From Candidatus Enterousia sp. (lineage in GTDB: Bacteria > Pseudomonadota > Alphaproteobacteria > Rs-D84): a DNA stretch of 64,000 nucleotides. This document shows, one piece after another, positions 38,717 to 48,891 of the stretch. The position numbers and the translations under genes were made by a program. The stretch spans positions 74,913 to 138,912 of the forward strand of contig JAZROY010000004.1 of the NCBI GenBank assembly GCA_045648925.1. Direction: 5' to 3'. The notes beneath the pieces are model-generated. The model did not search any database. It saw only the letters and a program-made list of their open reading frames with translations, and was not told the DNA's origin. Each line of letters begins with the position of its first letter. Within the stretch, counting starts at the first letter, position 1.

Positions 38717-40273
38717 TTATTTCATTGTTTTTTTGATAATATACATTTGTAATATTCCAAACAGATTAGATACTGTCCAATACAATACCAATCCCGCCGG
38801 CATCCAAGCAAACATTATCGTAAACAGCACAGGCAACCATTTCATAACGCGCTGGGTCGATGCAAGCGCATCATTTGAATTGTTTGATGTTTGTGGTGTT
38901 TGTAAATACTGTTGCAACCACATTGTTGCGCCCATTAAAATCGGCAATATGAAATAAGGGTCCATCGCAGCCAAATCAGATACCCACAAAAAGTGCGCAG
39001 ACCGCATTGGAACAGATATTAACAACGCCTTGTACAATGCAAAGAATATTGGAATTTGAATTAACATTGGTAAACACCCAGACATAGGCGAAGTTTTATG
39101 CGATTGATACACCTTCATCATTTCGATTTGAAGGCGCGCTTTATCATTGGCATAAAGTTTTTGTACGCGCTGTAATTCTGGCTGCATACTTTGCATTTTC
39201 ATTGTCGACACATACGATTTGCGTGTTAATGGCCATATCAAAATTCGCAAAATAAGTGTCATCAAAATAATCGCAACACCATAATTGCCAACCAACCAAT
39301 TCAGCCAATTTATTAACCATAACATCGGCTGGGCAAAGAACCAGAACCAACCATAATCCATAGTTTTATTTATCCCTGGGATTTTATCGGCCGCACTATT
39401 TAAAAGATTTGACATACGGGGGCCTGTAAAGACATAAGTTTTTATTTCCTTTTCGGACCTGGCAGCAATTTTTATTGGTGCAGCACTTGTTTGTGAAAAA
39501 TACAAATCACCAGATTTTTTCAAACTGATTGTTTGGTCATTTGTATCAATAGAAGCAACCGTTTCCCAATATTGATCTGCGAATCCAAAAGAACCACGCA
39601 CTGTGGAGTATGCAACAGATTTTTTATCTAATTTATTCCAACTTGTATAATCTAATTTTGAATTTGCGTAAACCATACCACCACTATCCACAACAGAAGA
39701 CATTTTGTCCCCTGCACCACGAACTATGTTTGCATATGGTGCAACAGATATTTCCCGCGCAGAATTATTTTTAATCAAATCAGAAATTGTTATAACATAA
39801 CCATCCACCGATATTTTACGCGTAAAATTCACACCAGAACCATTATTCCACGACATAGAATTTGAATTTTGTTTCCAATTGGTATTAACATTTGGAATCT
39901 GGGTATCTTGGGACACATAACCCATTTCTATAAAATTATTTTCCGCGTTCAGCAAAGAAATTTTTTCATCACTTTTGGAATCTTTTTTGTGTTTATCCAA
40001 AATAATATTTGATATACGAAGCCCCTGGACATCCAGAGAAATTTCATCAGAATTGATATTTTGTTTTGTCACATTTGATTGTTCAATAGTCACGGGTTGT
40101 GTTGCGACAACTTCTGTATTTTGTGGTTTAAACCACGCACCCATTATCCACCAAGCAAATAAAAACAAAATCATCCACCAAAAAAAACTGCCGAATCGTG
40201 AAGGTTTTCGTTGTGATTGTTGTGACGACATCCATTGATTAAAACCAGAATTATTATCCAAATATTTTACCAT
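38717..40273 (-). CDS. yidC: Membrane protein insertase YidC
   Basis: 518 aa, N-terminal TM plus periplasmic domain, conserved core GVAIILMTLILRILIWPLTRKSYVSTMKMQSMQPELQRVQKLY. Confidence 0.9.
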   Translation of the reverse strand: MVKYLDNNSGFNQWMSSQQSQRKPSRFGSFFWWMILFLFAWWIMGAWFKPQNTEVVATQPVTIEQSNVTKQNINSDEISLDVQGLRISNIILDKHKKDSKSDEKISLLNAENNFIEMGYVSQDTQIPNVNTNWKQNSNSMSWNNGSGVNFTRKISVDGYVITISDLIKNNSAREISVAPYANIVRGAGDKMSSVVDSGGMVYANSKLDYTSWNKLDKKSVAYSTVRGSFGFADQYWETVASIDTNDQTISLKKSGDLYFSQTSAAPIKIAARSEKEIKTYVFTGPRMSNLLNSAADKIPGINKTMDYGWFWFFAQPMLWLINWLNWLVGNYGVAIILMTLILRILIWPLTRKSYVSTMKMQSMQPELQRVQKLYANDKARLQIEMMKVYQSHKTSPMSGCLPMLIQIPIFFALYKALLISVPMRSAHFLWVSDLAAMDPYFILPILMGATMWLQQYLQTPQTSNNSNDALASTQRVMKWLPVLFTIMFAWMPAGLVLYWTVSNLFGILQMYIIKKTMK

Positions 40274-40277
40274 GATT

Positions 40278-40877
40278 TTATTCCCCTAAATTTCTTAAAC
40301 ATTTTCTTCTATTAATAAACATATTTATCAGATACAAAATAACACCAAAGGTTATAAACACATCCCCAACATTAAATATCGCTGGGAAAGTCCAAAGCCC
40401 ACCAATATGCCATTGAATAAAGTCCGCAACAGCGCCAAAGCGAACACGGTCCACCAAATTACCAAAAGCCCCACCAATTATCATCGCAAGTGGCAAGCGT
40501 TCATAAAGCGCGGACTTTTTGAACAAATAATAAAGCAACCATAAAACAATCAATGCGGTTAAAACACTTAACACAATTGGCATTACAAAATTAAATGCGG
40601 AAAAAGAAACACCACGATTCCAAATAAAATGAATATTGAATAAACTAGAAAGTCCGTAATCGCCACCGATTAAATCAGTCCACGATGCAATGATTCCATT
40701 TATACGACATTTAGCGCAAATAACATTTGGATCATATATGGAATCGCCCCATTTATTTGCGAAAAAACCGAGCAAATATGCCTTTGACCAAAAGTCCGCC
40801 GCGAAAACAGCAATTATAATCGCTATATATTTGAAATACTTTTTCATGAACAACCTCATTTCAGATGAATATAGCAA
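40278..40877 (-). CDS. lspA: Lipoprotein signal peptidase (signal peptidase II)
   Basis: 4 TM. Conserved FNVGDVFITFGVIL and NRGVSF regions. Confidence 0.85.
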   Translation of the reverse strand: MLYSSEMRLFMKKYFKYIAIIIAVFAADFWSKAYLLGFFANKWGDSIYDPNVICAKCRINGIIASWTDLIGGDYGLSSLFNIHFIWNRGVSFSAFNFVMPIVLSVLTALIVLWLLYYLFKKSALYERLPLAMIIGGAFGNLVDRVRFGAVADFIQWHIGGLWTFPAIFNVGDVFITFGVILYLINMFINRRKCLRNLGE

Positions 40878-40907
40878 TTACAGATGATAAAATCAAATGG
40901 AATATCT

Positions 40908-42611
40908 TTATTTTACTTCCAATGGTTTATTAACATTTGCGTATCCTTTTTCACGCAAATATTCCATCAATGAATTGATTTTATTTTCAGACAAACCGAT
41001 ACTTTCCAAAACCGCAGAACCCAATATAAATGAAGATTCAATGATTTCAGGTGTTGCATATTTCACCCCAACATCTAATAATTCTTTCGCGGATTTCAAA
41101 CTGTGCGCACGCGCAAATATTTTCATTTTTGGTGATATAGTATGAACCGTATGAACAATTTCATGTGCAGCAACTTCGTCATTTAACGATATTACTACCG
41201 CCCGCGTTTTACGCGGTTTTAAACCTGCTGCCAACAAAATAGATTCTTTGTTAGATTCACCATAAATCACATTATATCCATTTTCGCGCGCCACAATAAC
41301 CTGGTCTACATTACCATCAATCGCGACATAAGAAATATGTTCAGAATCTAACATTTGTGCAATAATTTGCCCCATACGACCAAATCCACAAATTATTACT
41401 TCTGGAATTTCTTCAGAAATTCTTTCAGACAGTTTTGTGTGTCGTGTATGTTTGAATAATTTACCCATCCTTAAAATCTTGTCGTAAATCGCCAACAATA
41501 TCGGGGTTAACATAATTGATACTATGATTACCGCTGTCAAAATTTCTTGGTGTTCCATCGGTATCGCACTTATTCCATTTGTTTTCATGGTCTGTAAAAT
41601 CAATAAACCAAATTCACCGCCTTGCGCCAAGATAAGCGACATCAAAAACGCCTCACGACCCGCAACATGGCGAACACGCGCAACCATATAAAGCGCAAAG
41701 AATTTGATAAGGACCAGTCCCACAACCCCCATCAAAACCGTCCACTTGTGCGCCATCAAAAACGGTAAGTTTATCCCCATACCGAGCACTATAAAGAAAA
41801 ATGCCAAGAATAATGTTGCATATGGTTCTATGGATGCATTGATTTGATGTCTGTAAACCGTTTCAGACATTAACATACCCGCCAAGAACGCGCCAAGTGC
41901 CGGTGGCAATCCCATTAAATTCAACACAACCGCCCATACCGCGATATTCACCATTATCGCCAAAACCAATGCTTCGTGAGATTGCACCTTGGCCACAACA
42001 TGCAAAAGCGGATTCAAAATAAATTTAGCAACAATAACAACGCCCAAAATCAAACCTGCCGACATCACCAAAATATCAATTGCCGATGCCCCAAGATTGA
42101 TTGATTTTCCAGCCATAACCGGCAACATCGCCAACAACGGAATTGATAATAAATCTTGGAATAACAAGATTGAAAAGGTCTGTCGCCCCATATTTGTTTG
42201 TAATTGATTTCTGTCTATTAAAATTTGTAAATCTTCAGAAGTACTGGACATCGCAAGAATCAAGGAAATCATTATCGTTCCAATCAATGTCCATTGTGTT
42301 ACACCCGCCAATATTGGAAACAGCATAATCGCAACCATTAAAACCTGAGAAGCGCCAAGACCAAATATAGTGCGCCGCAATTGCCATAATCTTTTCATAT
42401 TGATTTGCAAACCAATATTAAACCATAAAAACATTATGCCCATTTCACCCAAAAAATTCCAAGTGCCGGACAATTCAAACAGCCCAAAAACATGCTGACC
42501 CGCCAAGATACCTGTTAATAAAAACGCAAGTAATGTTCCCATTTTCAGATATCGCATAAAAAATACCGAAATAAATGCGATTACAAAAAATACAAGTGTT
42601 GCTGTTGACAT
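40908..42611 (-). CDS. Kef-type K+/H+ antiporter (CPA2 family) with C-terminal TrkA-N/KTN domain
   Basis: Multi-TM Na_H exchanger domain followed by a Rossmann VIICGFGRMGQIIAQML. Confidence 0.85.
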   Translation of the reverse strand: MSTATLVFFVIAFISVFFMRYLKMGTLLAFLLTGILAGQHVFGLFELSGTWNFLGEMGIMFLWFNIGLQINMKRLWQLRRTIFGLGASQVLMVAIMLFPILAGVTQWTLIGTIMISLILAMSSTSEDLQILIDRNQLQTNMGRQTFSILLFQDLLSIPLLAMLPVMAGKSINLGASAIDILVMSAGLILGVVIVAKFILNPLLHVVAKVQSHEALVLAIMVNIAVWAVVLNLMGLPPALGAFLAGMLMSETVYRHQINASIEPYATLFLAFFFIVLGMGINLPFLMAHKWTVLMGVVGLVLIKFFALYMVARVRHVAGREAFLMSLILAQGGEFGLLILQTMKTNGISAIPMEHQEILTAVIIVSIMLTPILLAIYDKILRMGKLFKHTRHTKLSERISEEIPEVIICGFGRMGQIIAQMLDSEHISYVAIDGNVDQVIVARENGYNVIYGESNKESILLAAGLKPRKTRAVVISLNDEVAAHEIVHTVHTISPKMKIFARAHSLKSAKELLDVGVKYATPEIIESSFILGSAVLESIGLSENKINSLMEYLREKGYANVNKPLEVK

Positions 42612-42633
42612 GTTTTCCCTCTCCGTTATTTTA

Positions 42634-43461
42634 TCATAGTAAATTTACATCAATTTTATCTGCGATTTCAAGAAATTTTTTCGCATCAATTTCTTCGGCA
42701 CGCTCGGTCCCCAATAATCCAAATTTTTCCCAATCTATTTTGATAATTCCGCGTATCATTTTGCGGCGCTGACCAAATAATTTCGCCGTTAATTTTTCAA
42801 GTTTTTTTATATCTTTGATTTGTTTAATTTTTTTTGCATTTGGAATAATTTGAACAACCGCAGATTGAACCTTTGGACGCGGAACAAAAGCAGTATTTGG
42901 CACATCAAATAAAATTTTAGTATCCGCAATTAAATTTGATAACACAGCCAATCGCCCATATTGTTTATCACCAACATGTGCAACGATGCGTTCTGCAACT
43001 TCCTTTTGAAACATCAATGTTAGTGATTTTATTTTTTCGCCGCTTGCAATTTTTTGAAGCCAACCTGTTAACAATTCTGTACCAACATTATAAGGTAAAT
43101 TAGAACAAATCGCGTAACCCGTTTTATTTTCTAAATTCACCTTTAACGCATCAGCGAAAATTACTTCTAATCTTTCATCAGACGCGTCAATAATTTGTGA
43201 TAAAATCGCACCAGCAGTTTTATCTTTTTCTATTGCAATCACTTTTTTTGCGCCAGCAATCAGTAATGCGCGTGTAAGACCACCCGGTCCCGGTCCAACC
43301 TCAACCACTGTTGTTTTTTCTATATCAGGCACAGACCGCGCGATACGACCAGTTAAATTCAAATCAAACAAAAAATTCTGTCCGAATTGTTTTTTGGGTT
43401 CCAATCCTGATGCGCGCATCATTTCAGACACAGGTGGCAAAGATAAAATCTTGTTTATCAT
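42634..43461 (-). CDS. rsmA: 16S rRNA (adenine1518/1519-N6)-dimethyltransferase RsmA/KsgA
   Basis: FGQNFLFD, VVEVGPGPGGLT SAM motif. Confidence 0.9.
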   Translation of the reverse strand: MINKILSLPPVSEMMRASGLEPKKQFGQNFLFDLNLTGRIARSVPDIEKTTVVEVGPGPGGLTRALLIAGAKKVIAIEKDKTAGAILSQIIDASDERLEVIFADALKVNLENKTGYAICSNLPYNVGTELLTGWLQKIASGEKIKSLTLMFQKEVAERIVAHVGDKQYGRLAVLSNLIADTKILFDVPNTAFVPRPKVQSAVVQIIPNAKKIKQIKDIKKLEKLTAKLFGQRRKMIRGIIKIDWEKFGLLGTERAEEIDAKKFLEIADKIDVNLL

Positions 43462-44048
43462 AATTTTTTGCGACCCCCAAAAGCCAATGTTAATGTACCA
43501 TCATCAATATAATCTAAATCACCACCAAGTGGCACACCAGATGCCAATTCTGAAAAAGATATATTCGCATTGTTTATTGTTGAAATTATATATTGCTGGG
43601 TCGTTTTACCTTCGACAGTATTTGGCAAAGCAAAAATAATTTCATTTATTTTTTCTTTTTCAATGCGCCCCTTTATATTCGCAATATTCAAATCAGACGG
43701 TGTGATTCCGTCAACCCCAGAAAGTGTCCCGCCCAGCACATGGTATCTTCCACGAAAAACACCTGATTTTTCAATTACCAAAACATCTGATAAATCACGA
43801 ACGATACATAATTCACCATTTTGACGCGCCGTGTCAGAACAATATTCGCAAATTTTAGAATCTGTTAACACACCACAATTTGGACATGGATGAATATGTT
43901 CTGCCGCATCAATCAACGCATGCGCCAAAGATTCGGATTTACCAGTTTTATCTTGCAATAAACTAATCACTATACGCGTTGCCGCCCGCGTTCCGACACG
44001 TGGTAATTTAGCAAATTGTTTAATAAGTTTTTCTATTTTTATATTCAT
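43458..44048 (-). CDS. recR: Recombination protein RecR
   Basis: HhH, CPNCGVLTDSKICEYC zinc finger, Toprim. 4-bp overlap with rsmA. Confidence 0.9.
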   Translation of the reverse strand: MNIKIEKLIKQFAKLPRVGTRAATRIVISLLQDKTGKSESLAHALIDAAEHIHPCPNCGVLTDSKICEYCSDTARQNGELCIVRDLSDVLVIEKSGVFRGRYHVLGGTLSGVDGITPSDLNIANIKGRIEKEKINEIIFALPNTVEGKTTQQYIISTINNANISFSELASGVPLGGDLDYIDDGTLTLAFGGRKKL

Positions 44049-44057
44049 ATTTTTTAT

Positions 44058-45170
44058 CTAGTGAAATGTATAGCAATCTATACCATTGGCACCAGCCATA
44101 CTTTTTGTGCTTTGCGCGGCACTTTCAGAAAGCCCATTTATGCGAACCCGATAAAGCCCAGCATCATTTCTTTCAACATTTGCAGTCATACCGGTCACTT
44201 GGTAGACACGCGCCGCCTGTTTATTGGCAGATTCATACGAAGAAAACGCACCACACTGCACCCCAACACTTCCAGAAGAATAAGAAACCGTTTTCGTTTC
44301 ATTTGTTGCATATTTTACCATTGGATTAGATTGCGTTGGCGCGACCTTATGCGCGGATTCTGTATAATTTGTTCCACCAACACCTAATTTTTTAAAACCA
44401 ATATTTAACATTTTTGCAGCCGTATTTGCGCGAACATCTTTGTTTTCAGCACCCAATACCACAGCAATAAGATGATAACCATCGCGATTCGCCGTCGCAA
44501 CAAGCGAATATTTTGATTTATTGGTGAACCCTGTTTTCATACCATCGCATCCCGGATATGACCCCAACAACCGATTGCCATTTGTATATGTTTTCCCATT
44601 ATATGTCCAAGTTTTTATACCAAAATATTTCCAATACTGTGGAAAATGTTTATATACCGCCATGGACAATAACGCAATGTCACGCGCAGTCGACATATGG
44701 TCATCGTTTGGTAAACCCGAAGAATTTTCAAAATTAGTATGTTCCAGCCCAATCTCATTCGCGACACGCGTCATCAATGTTGCAAAATTGCCTTCTTTGC
44801 CACCTTTTAAATTTTCCGCCAATACACGCGCAACATCATTTGCAGAATGCACAGCAACCGCCTTAATCGCATCTTCAACCTTTATCTTGCTACCCGCGGT
44901 CAGTCCCAGTTTCACAGGCTGAGCCTCTGTGGCATATTTTGACACAATTAAATAATCATCCAAATGAAGCCGACCATGTTCCAATGCATCAAAAGTCAAA
45001 TAAAGCGTCATTATTTTTGTTAAACTGGCCGGATAATTCATTTGATTTGCGTTTTCTTGATAAAGGACACGACCAGAATCTATATCTGCGACCAACACAG
45101 CCCTATAATCTGCGGCATTTGCAGCACATAATGTGAATACCGATATAAAAAACGCAAAAACTCTCTTCAT
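44058..45170 (-). CDS. D-alanyl-D-alanine carboxypeptidase (PBP5/6-like, S11) with C-terminal SPOR domain
   Basis: Signal peptide. SLTKIMT (SxxK), SANDVA (SxN), KTGFT (KTG). C-terminal GLYRVRINGLSESAAQSTKSMAGANGIDCYTF resembles SPOR. Confidence 0.85.
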   Translation of the reverse strand: MKRVFAFFISVFTLCAANAADYRAVLVADIDSGRVLYQENANQMNYPASLTKIMTLYLTFDALEHGRLHLDDYLIVSKYATEAQPVKLGLTAGSKIKVEDAIKAVAVHSANDVARVLAENLKGGKEGNFATLMTRVANEIGLEHTNFENSSGLPNDDHMSTARDIALLSMAVYKHFPQYWKYFGIKTWTYNGKTYTNGNRLLGSYPGCDGMKTGFTNKSKYSLVATANRDGYHLIAVVLGAENKDVRANTAAKMLNIGFKKLGVGGTNYTESAHKVAPTQSNPMVKYATNETKTVSYSSGSVGVQCGAFSSYESANKQAARVYQVTGMTANVERNDAGLYRVRINGLSESAAQSTKSMAGANGIDCYTFH

Positions 45171-45224
45171 AATAGAGAATCATAGTAAAAAAATTACAAT
45201 TCGGTCAACAGTAAAAAATATTTA

Positions 45225-46592
45225 TTATTCCAGTGTGGTTAAACTGATTTTATCATCATCCACAATTACTAATTTGCCAACACCGATACCAAATTGATGC
45301 GCTGAAGCGAACGCATCGCGTTGTCCGAATAAATATTTATCACAAATTGAGAACACGCCACGAAGTAAACATAATTGATTTGCGATTATTTCTTCATCAC
45401 ACACAGCGATAATTGGAATATCTGGGCGGCGACACGAAATCTGGGTAGCAATATCTGTATCACGAGCAAAGACCACAATGGCCACAGCCTTGTTCAAATG
45501 CGCCATTGATGACACAGAACGCGACCAATCATTTTCAGGGATATTATCTATGCGCGACCAATCGTATGGATTTTCAATAGTGTCTTTATCCGAATAAGAC
45601 AATATTTTATTCATTGTTTCAATCACATTTACCGGATTATCACCAATGGTCGTTTCTTCGGATGTCATCGTGGAATCAGCCCTTAAATACGCGGCATTTG
45701 CAACATCAGAAATTTCTGCACGTGTTGGAAATTCACTGTGCACCATACTTGACAACATTTGTGTCGCCATAATAACTGGACGATTTAATTTTCTACACTC
45801 ACGAATTATATGTCGCGAAATTGCGGGAACTTGTTCAAACGGAACCTCTACTGCCAAATCGCCACGCGCAATCATAATACCATCCGCCGCAGTAGCAATA
45901 TCCGTGATTCTTTCCACTGCATTTGGGCGCTCTATCTTTGCAATTATTTTTATTGGGCGGGAAGTCCGCATCGTTATAAAATCACGCACATATGCAACAT
46001 CTTCGGCACATTGAACAAAGGACAATGCCACAAAATCAGGATTTTTAGTAATCGCGTATTCTAAATCTTGTTTATCTTTTTCGGTCAAAATATCTGTATC
46101 AACATCTGTGTCTGGCAGATTAAATCCGCGACGCGACCAAATTTCATCGCCACGAACAACAGTCGTTTCAATTTTATCATCAAAAACTGCATCAACACGC
46201 AATTCTATTTTACCATCGTTTAATAAAACCCTATCGCCGACAGATAATGAACGCATAACATCCATATCTGGCAAATATACACGATGCTCATCGCCTGGCG
46301 TTTCATCAGAATCAAGAATAAATTTTTGTCCGACTTTTAATGGGTAATGTTCTTCGGTTTTAAAATCACCAATTCTGTGTTTTGGACCCTGAATATCAAT
46401 CATAACCGCCACAGGGGTTCCAAGTTTTTTAGATATTGAACGAACCATATCAATTTTAGCGCCCTGGACATCGCCGGTATCATGACTAAAATTCAAACGA
46501 CATACATTTACACCAGCCCGAACCATCTCGGTCAAAATCTTTTTATCTTCACAATTTGGTCCGATTGATGCCGTAATCTTTGTAAATTTCAT
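45225..46592 (-). CDS. pyk: Pyruvate kinase
   Basis: MKFTKITASIGPNCEDKKILTEMVRAGVNVCRLNFSHD. Start at the internal ATG. Confidence 0.9.
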   Translation of the reverse strand: MKFTKITASIGPNCEDKKILTEMVRAGVNVCRLNFSHDTGDVQGAKIDMVRSISKKLGTPVAVMIDIQGPKHRIGDFKTEEHYPLKVGQKFILDSDETPGDEHRVYLPDMDVMRSLSVGDRVLLNDGKIELRVDAVFDDKIETTVVRGDEIWSRRGFNLPDTDVDTDILTEKDKQDLEYAITKNPDFVALSFVQCAEDVAYVRDFITMRTSRPIKIIAKIERPNAVERITDIATAADGIMIARGDLAVEVPFEQVPAISRHIIRECRKLNRPVIMATQMLSSMVHSEFPTRAEISDVANAAYLRADSTMTSEETTIGDNPVNVIETMNKILSYSDKDTIENPYDWSRIDNIPENDWSRSVSSMAHLNKAVAIVVFARDTDIATQISCRRPDIPIIAVCDEEIIANQLCLLRGVFSICDKYLFGQRDAFASAHQFGIGVGKLVIVDDDKISLTTLE

Positions 46593-46677
46593 ATCTACAT
46601 TCCCCCAAAATAAAAACATTTGCTTTTTATATTTGATAATATATCATATATCTTGCAAAAAAAACAAGGGGAAGAAT

Positions 46678-46926
46678 ATGAAAAATGCAAACCATGGCGC
46701 AATTGATAACGCTCAATTAATCAGTATTATTGAAAGAATTGAAAAATTAAACGAAGATACTGCGGCAATCGCGGCTGATATAAAAGAAGTGTATAGCGAG
46801 GCTAAATCTGCAGGATACGACCCAAAATATATTCGTCAGATGATAAGATTGCGCAAACTGGATCCAGATGAATTGGATGAAGCAGACGAATTAACAAAAA
46901 TGTATCGTGACGCATTGGGTTTATAA
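46678..46926 (+). CDS. DUF2312/GapR-like alphaproteobacterial nucleoid-associated protein
   Basis: NAQLISIIERIEKLNEDTAAIAADIKEVYSEAKSAGYDPKYIRQMIRLRKLDPDE matches the GapR/DUF2312 pattern. ATG 46678 is preceded by aaggggaag. Confidence 0.7.
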   Translation: MKNANHGAIDNAQLISIIERIEKLNEDTAAIAADIKEVYSEAKSAGYDPKYIRQMIRLRKLDPDELDEADELTKMYRDALGL

Positions 46927-46927
46927 A

Positions 46928-47242
46928 ATGAAGAAATTTACAAAACAAGTTGAAAATTTTACCTGCGCCCATTGTGGCGCAGAAGTTTTAGGCAATGGAT
47001 ATACCAACCATTGTCCAAAATGTTTATGGTCGCGACATGTTGATAATAACCCGGGCGACAGACAATCAAATTGCGGTGGTATGATGCGACCAATATCCGT
47101 TGAACAAAAAGGTGGCGAATTTATAATCACTCATAAATGTGAAAAATGCAGAAAAACCATAAAACAAAAAACATCTGAAAATGATGATATGGATACAATT
47201 ATCGCAATATCATCAAATCCAGATTTTATTTTTGGAAAATAA
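46928..47242 (+). CDS. RNHCP-domain zinc-ribbon protein
   Basis: CAHCGAEV...YTNHCPKCLWSRHVD...CGGMMRP (RNHCP motif). Confidence 0.6.
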   Translation: MKKFTKQVENFTCAHCGAEVLGNGYTNHCPKCLWSRHVDNNPGDRQSNCGGMMRPISVEQKGGEFIITHKCEKCRKTIKQKTSENDDMDTIIAISSNPDFIFGK

Positions 47243-48811
47243 TTATTTCTTTTTAGCAGCGGCAACAAATGCATTAAACATGGGATGCCCAGTAAAAGGG
47301 TTGCTTTGGAATTCTGGATGGAATTGTCCCGCAATAAAAAATTTATGCGATGGGATTTCAACCATTTCTGGCAATTTTCCATCTGGTGAAATTCCAGATA
47401 TTATCATCCCATTTTTTTCCAGTGCATCTTTGTATTTAATGTTAACTTCGTACCTATGACGATGTCGTTCTGAAATATGTTGCGCGCCATAAATTTGTTC
47501 CGCCAGTGTCCCAGGTTTTATATTACACGGATATGCGCCAAGTCTTAATGTTCCGCCCATATCTTCCCTGTCACAATCAGACATAATATCTATCACAGGG
47601 GTACAATTTTTTACAAATTCAGTTGAATTAGCATTTTCATCACCAACTACATCACGCATAAATTCGATAACCGCGACTTGCATTCCAAGACATATTCCCA
47701 TATATGGAATATTGTTTTCACGTGCATATTTTGCGGCTGATATTTTACCTTCGATGCCACGTTGTCCAAAACCGCCCGGAACCAAAATTCCATCAACATC
47801 GGAAAAATCTTCTTGTTCAACAGTTTCAGCATTTATCTTTTTGATTTTTACATGTACATTATTTTGAATACCAGAATGAAACAACGCTTCGTTCAGCGAT
47901 TTATAAGCATCAGCGATATCAAAATATTTTCCAACCACACCGATTGTACAGGTTGACAAATCTGCATTCAAATGATTTTCTATTTTTTGAATTTTTGACA
48001 TATCGCCTGCTGCATTTGGTAAACCAAAATGTTCCGCCATTATATCGAAAACATGTTGAGAATCATAAACCAATGGAATTTTATAAATATTATCAACATC
48101 CATACTGGTAATAACATTTTTCGCAGGTAAATTACAAAACATCCCGATTTTTGCACATTCGTCAGAAGTTAACATACGCGGAGAACGAACAAATAAAATA
48201 TCCGCCTGGATACCATTTTCCAATAATCTTCGCACAGACATTTGTGTCGGCTTGGTTTTTAATTCACCACTTTGTTCCAAATATGGTGCCAAAGTTAAAT
48301 GCGCAAACATAACATTTCTTCGACCGACATCATTTGCAAACTGACGAATTGATTCAAGAAAAATCTTACCTTCGATATCGCCAACTGTGCCACCTATTTC
48401 GCAAATTACAAAATCAGTGTTTGTTGGCGCAGAAATATATTCTTTGATTTTATTCGTAACATGCGGAATCATTTGAACCGTAGAGCCAAGATAATCCCCC
48501 CTTCTTTCCGCATTCAAAACATCCCAATAAATACGACCACCAGAAACAGAATCGTTGCGCGATAATTTCACCCCTAAAAATCGTTCGTAATATCCCAAAT
48601 CTAAATCAGTTTCGAAACCATCATTGGTAACATATACTTCGCCATGCTGTAATGGCGACATAGTCCCAGGGTCAATATTTAAATATGGGTCAAATTTCCG
48701 TGCATGCACAGAATATCCACGGGATTGAAGAAGGGCGCCCAGTGAAGCCGCTGAAACGCCCTTGCCTAAACTCGATACAACACCACCAGTCACAAATATA
48801 TACTTTGACAT
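47243..48811 (-). CDS. pyrG: CTP synthase
   Basis: Start at MSKYIFVTGGVVSSLGKG (ATG 48811, Shine-Dalgarno aaggag). C-terminal glutamine amidotransferase domain. Confidence 0.95.
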   Translation of the reverse strand: MSKYIFVTGGVVSSLGKGVSAASLGALLQSRGYSVHARKFDPYLNIDPGTMSPLQHGEVYVTNDGFETDLDLGYYERFLGVKLSRNDSVSGGRIYWDVLNAERRGDYLGSTVQMIPHVTNKIKEYISAPTNTDFVICEIGGTVGDIEGKIFLESIRQFANDVGRRNVMFAHLTLAPYLEQSGELKTKPTQMSVRRLLENGIQADILFVRSPRMLTSDECAKIGMFCNLPAKNVITSMDVDNIYKIPLVYDSQHVFDIMAEHFGLPNAAGDMSKIQKIENHLNADLSTCTIGVVGKYFDIADAYKSLNEALFHSGIQNNVHVKIKKINAETVEQEDFSDVDGILVPGGFGQRGIEGKISAAKYARENNIPYMGICLGMQVAVIEFMRDVVGDENANSTEFVKNCTPVIDIMSDCDREDMGGTLRLGAYPCNIKPGTLAEQIYGAQHISERHRHRYEVNIKYKDALEKNGMIISGISPDGKLPEMVEIPSHKFFIAGQFHPEFQSNPFTGHPMFNAFVAAAKKK

Positions 48812-48891
48812 AAGTTTTTTCTCCTTATGTAAAATTATCATACAAAAATTATCGGTTGCAGGGCAAGTATAAAATCTTGTAATGTTAAAAT

